Positions 61,064 through 64,000 of a stretch of DNA of 64,000 bases are shown in pieces (the first letter of the stretch is position 1; each line of letters starts with the position of its first letter). Where the stretch lies: NCBI GenBank assembly GCA_040954595.2, contig CM082579.2:15600550-15664549 (forward strand), read 5' to 3'. A program made the position numbers and the translations under genes. This DNA is from Balanoglossus misakiensis (taxonomy: Eukaryota > Animalia > Hemichordata). Under the pieces are notes generated by a model. It was not told where the DNA came from and searched no databases. It was given only the letters and a program-made list of their open reading frames with translations.

Positions 61064-62486
61064 ATTAAAGCTGCAAGCAGCATTGTCGGGCCCAAGCGCT
61101 GATCTTGAATTATATATGAACAGTATGAATGAGAAGAAACAGAATTTAATATCGGATGTATTATCTCATGACATAACAGGGATGTGTGTATTTTTGCTGC
61201 TGAAATAGGGTGAAGTAGGTCAAAGGTCACCTGAGGTCACCCAACATTTGGGCAATTTTTTTTACCCATACTGGTCCATGTCCAACAAAAACCAAAACTC
61301 TAGCTCTATTGGTTCGCCTGTAATTAGGTATGTGCATATTAAATGAGGTCAGCAGGTGTCACAGGTGACCCAAAAATTTGGCTTTACATTTAGCTCCCAT
61401 CCTGCCAAATGCCAAGGCTGTATCTGCTCTGGATGCTGATATATGCGAAAGTAGGTCAAAGGTCACCAGAGGTCACCCGACATTTGGGCAAAAAAATTTG
61501 ACCCCATACTGGTCCATGTTCAACAAAAACCAAACCTCTAGCTCTATTGGTTCGCCTGTAATTGGCTATGCACATAATTAATGAGGTCAGCAGAGGTCAA
61601 AGGGGTCATGAAAAGTAGCAAAATTTTTTGATCACACACTAATCCACTTGCATCAAAAACCAAACGTCTAGCCCTATAGGTTAGCCTGGAATTAGATATG
61701 CAGAAATAATAATGTGTGAAAAGTAGGTCAAAGGTCATGTGAAAAACCGCCAAAAATTTGTAACATATTGTTGTCATATGACGATTGATATCCATAAAAA
61801 GAATTTGTATGCTATCAATTTTTATACTAGAAAAAGTAATTTTAATTTTTCACTGCTTTTTACAAAATCCAATATGGCCGCCATAATCTTCGACCAATCA
61901 CAATGCTCTTTGCAAACTTGATAGACATCAGTATAGTGACCATACTCCCCAAATCTTGCGACTCAGTTATCGCCCGTTCTGGAGAAGAAGATTTTTGAAG
62001 TTTTACTATGGTTTTTCGAAAATCCCATATGGCCGCCATAATCTTCGACCAATCACAATGATCTTCGCAAACTTGATAGACATCAATTAGGTGACCACAT
62101 ACCCCAAACCGCGTGACTCGGTTATCACCGGTTCTGGAGAAGAAGATTTTTGAAATTTTGACCAGATTTCAGAAAAACAACTGTAGCAAAAAAACTGCAA
62201 CATTGACAGCAAAATATCCAATTACAAAAATGATAGGTAGAAGGTAGTCTACCTGCATGCCAAATTTGAGGTCGATCTGACTTGTAGTTTCTGAGATCTG
62301 AGATTTGAATTTTTTCAGATAATCCAATATGGCCGCCAGGTCACGTGACTAATTAAGTATTCACAAGTCACTGCACATCTACTCATTGACCTTGACCACT
62401 GTAGCAAGTTTGAGAAGTGTACCTGCAGCGGTGTCTGAGATCTCGTTGGCCAAAGAATGGAACCAAGAATAAAGAAAGAAAGACAG
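61064..62486 (-). mobile_element. Helentron/HINE-like unit B (body and 3' end)
   Basis: Diverged copy of unit A, period about 1420 bp. Confidence 0.7.
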
Positions 62487-63974
62487 ATTAAAGCTGCAAG
62501 CAGCATTGTCGGGCCCAAGCGCTGATCTTTAATTATATATGCACAGTATGAATGAGAAAAAACAGAATTTTCTATCGTATGTATTATCTGATGACATAAC
62601 AAGGATGTGTGTAGTTTTGCTGCTGAAATAGGGTGAAGTAGGTCAAAGGTCACCAGAGGTCACGCAACATTTGGGCAAAAAATGTTGATCCCATACTGGT
62701 CCATGTCCAACAAAAAACAAAACTCTAGCTCTATTGGTTCACCTGTAATTAGGTATGTGCATATTTAATGAGGTCAGCAGGTGTCACAGGTGACCCAAAA
62801 ATGTGGCTTTAAATTATGGTTCCATCCTACCAAATGCCATGGCTGTATCTGCACTGGATGCTGAGATATGCGAAAGTAGGTCAAAGGTCACCAGAGGTCA
62901 CCCAACATTTGGGCAAAAAATTTTGATCCCATACTGGTCCATGTCCAACAAAAACCAAACCTCTAGCTCTATTGGTTCGCCTGTAATTAGCTATGCACAT
63001 AATTAATGAGGTCAGCAGAGGTCAAAGGGGTCATGAAAAGTAGCAAAATATTTTGATCACACACTAATCCACATGCATCAAAAACCAAACGTCTAGCCCT
63101 ATAGGTTAGCCTGGAATTAGATATGCAGAAATAATAATGTGTGAAAAGTAGGTCAAAGGTCATGTGAAAAATCGCCAAAAATTTGTAACATATTGTAGTC
63201 ATATGACGAATGATATCCATTAAAAGAATTTGTATGCTATCAATTTTTATACTAGAAAAAGGAATTTTAATTTTTCACTGCTTTTTACAAAATCCAATAT
63301 GGCCCCCATAATCTTCGACCAATCACAATGCTCTTTGCAAACTTGATAGACATCTGTGTAGTGACCATACTCCCCGAATCTTGCGACTCAGTCATCGCCC
63401 GTTCTGGAGAAGAAGATTTTTGGAGTTTAACTATGGTTTTTCGAAAATCCAATATGGCCGCCATAATCTTCGACCAATCACAATGATCTTCGCAAACTTG
63501 ATAGACATCAGTTAGGTGACCACATACCCCAAACCTTGTGTCTCGCTTATCACTGGTTCTGGAGAAGAAGATTTTTGAAATTTAAGCTAGATTTCAGAAA
63601 AAAAATTGTAGCAAAAAAACTGCAACATTGACAGCAAAATTTCCAATTACAAAAATGATGGGTAGAGGGTAGTCTACCGGCATGCCAAATTTGAAGTCGA
63701 TCTGACTTGTAGTTTCTGAGATCTGAGATTTGATTTTTTTCAGAAAATCCAATATGGCCGCCAGGTCACGTGACTAATTAAGTATTCACAAGTCACTGCA
63801 CATCTACTCATTGACCTTGACCACTGTAGCAAGTTTGAGAAGTGTACCTGCAGCGGTGTCTGAGATCTAGAGCGACAAAGAAATGACACAAGAATAAAGA
63901 AAGAAAGAAAGCCGGAAAGAAAAATTCCAACGAAACCAATAGGGCCCAAGCGCTTGCGTGCGCTTGGGCCCTAA
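62487..63974 (-). mobile_element. Helentron/HINE-like unit C, complete with 5' stem-loop
   Basis: 14-bp stem TAGGGCCCAAGCGC-ttgcgt-GCGCTTGGGCCCTA (63940-63973) contains the subTIR matching the 3' subTIR; adjacent (AAAG)n microsatellite; A-run (TT) flanks. Confidence 0.75.
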
Positions 63975-64000
63975 AAAACCCAGACGAAACCAATAGGGCC
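63975..64000 (-). mobile_element. Second stacked 5'-end stub of the Helentron-like element, running off the window
   Basis: ACGAAACCAATAGGGCC repeats immediately after the first 5' stem-loop. Confidence 0.6.

Overview
Eukaryotic (animal, probably marine invertebrate; inferred) repeat-rich DNA with no host genes or RNA genes that I can support. The backbone is a ~2.05-kb composite satellite: about 11 x 81-bp GC-rich subrepeats, about 3 x ~335-bp AT-rich subrepeats and a poly-C spacer. It is interrupted by: (i) a decayed Bel/Pao LTR element BEL-1 (2815-9293, TSD CAAAT, TA..CA termini) plus a truncated copy at the same monomer position (46905-48341); (ii) a second Bel/Pao family BEL-2 (17157-26813, TSD ACCAG) that lacks the integrase core and carries a nested 4.2-kb block with an L2 LINE fragment and a TTAA-flanked MITE, plus two more partial copies; (iii) a full-length but mutated Tx1-like LINE (34475-39493, 13-bp TSD); (iv) a ~10.4-kb fold-back inverted duplication centred near 54.1-54.7 kb; and (v) a stack of three ~1.42-kb Helentron/HINE-like elements at the right end. 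Best leads: BEL-2 has no tRNA PBS but a perfect 11-nt PBS-position match to its own LTR, suggesting Tf1-style self-priming in a Bel/Pao element; and the Helentron-like array appears built by self-targeted nested insertion (bodies in tandem, 5' ends stacked).
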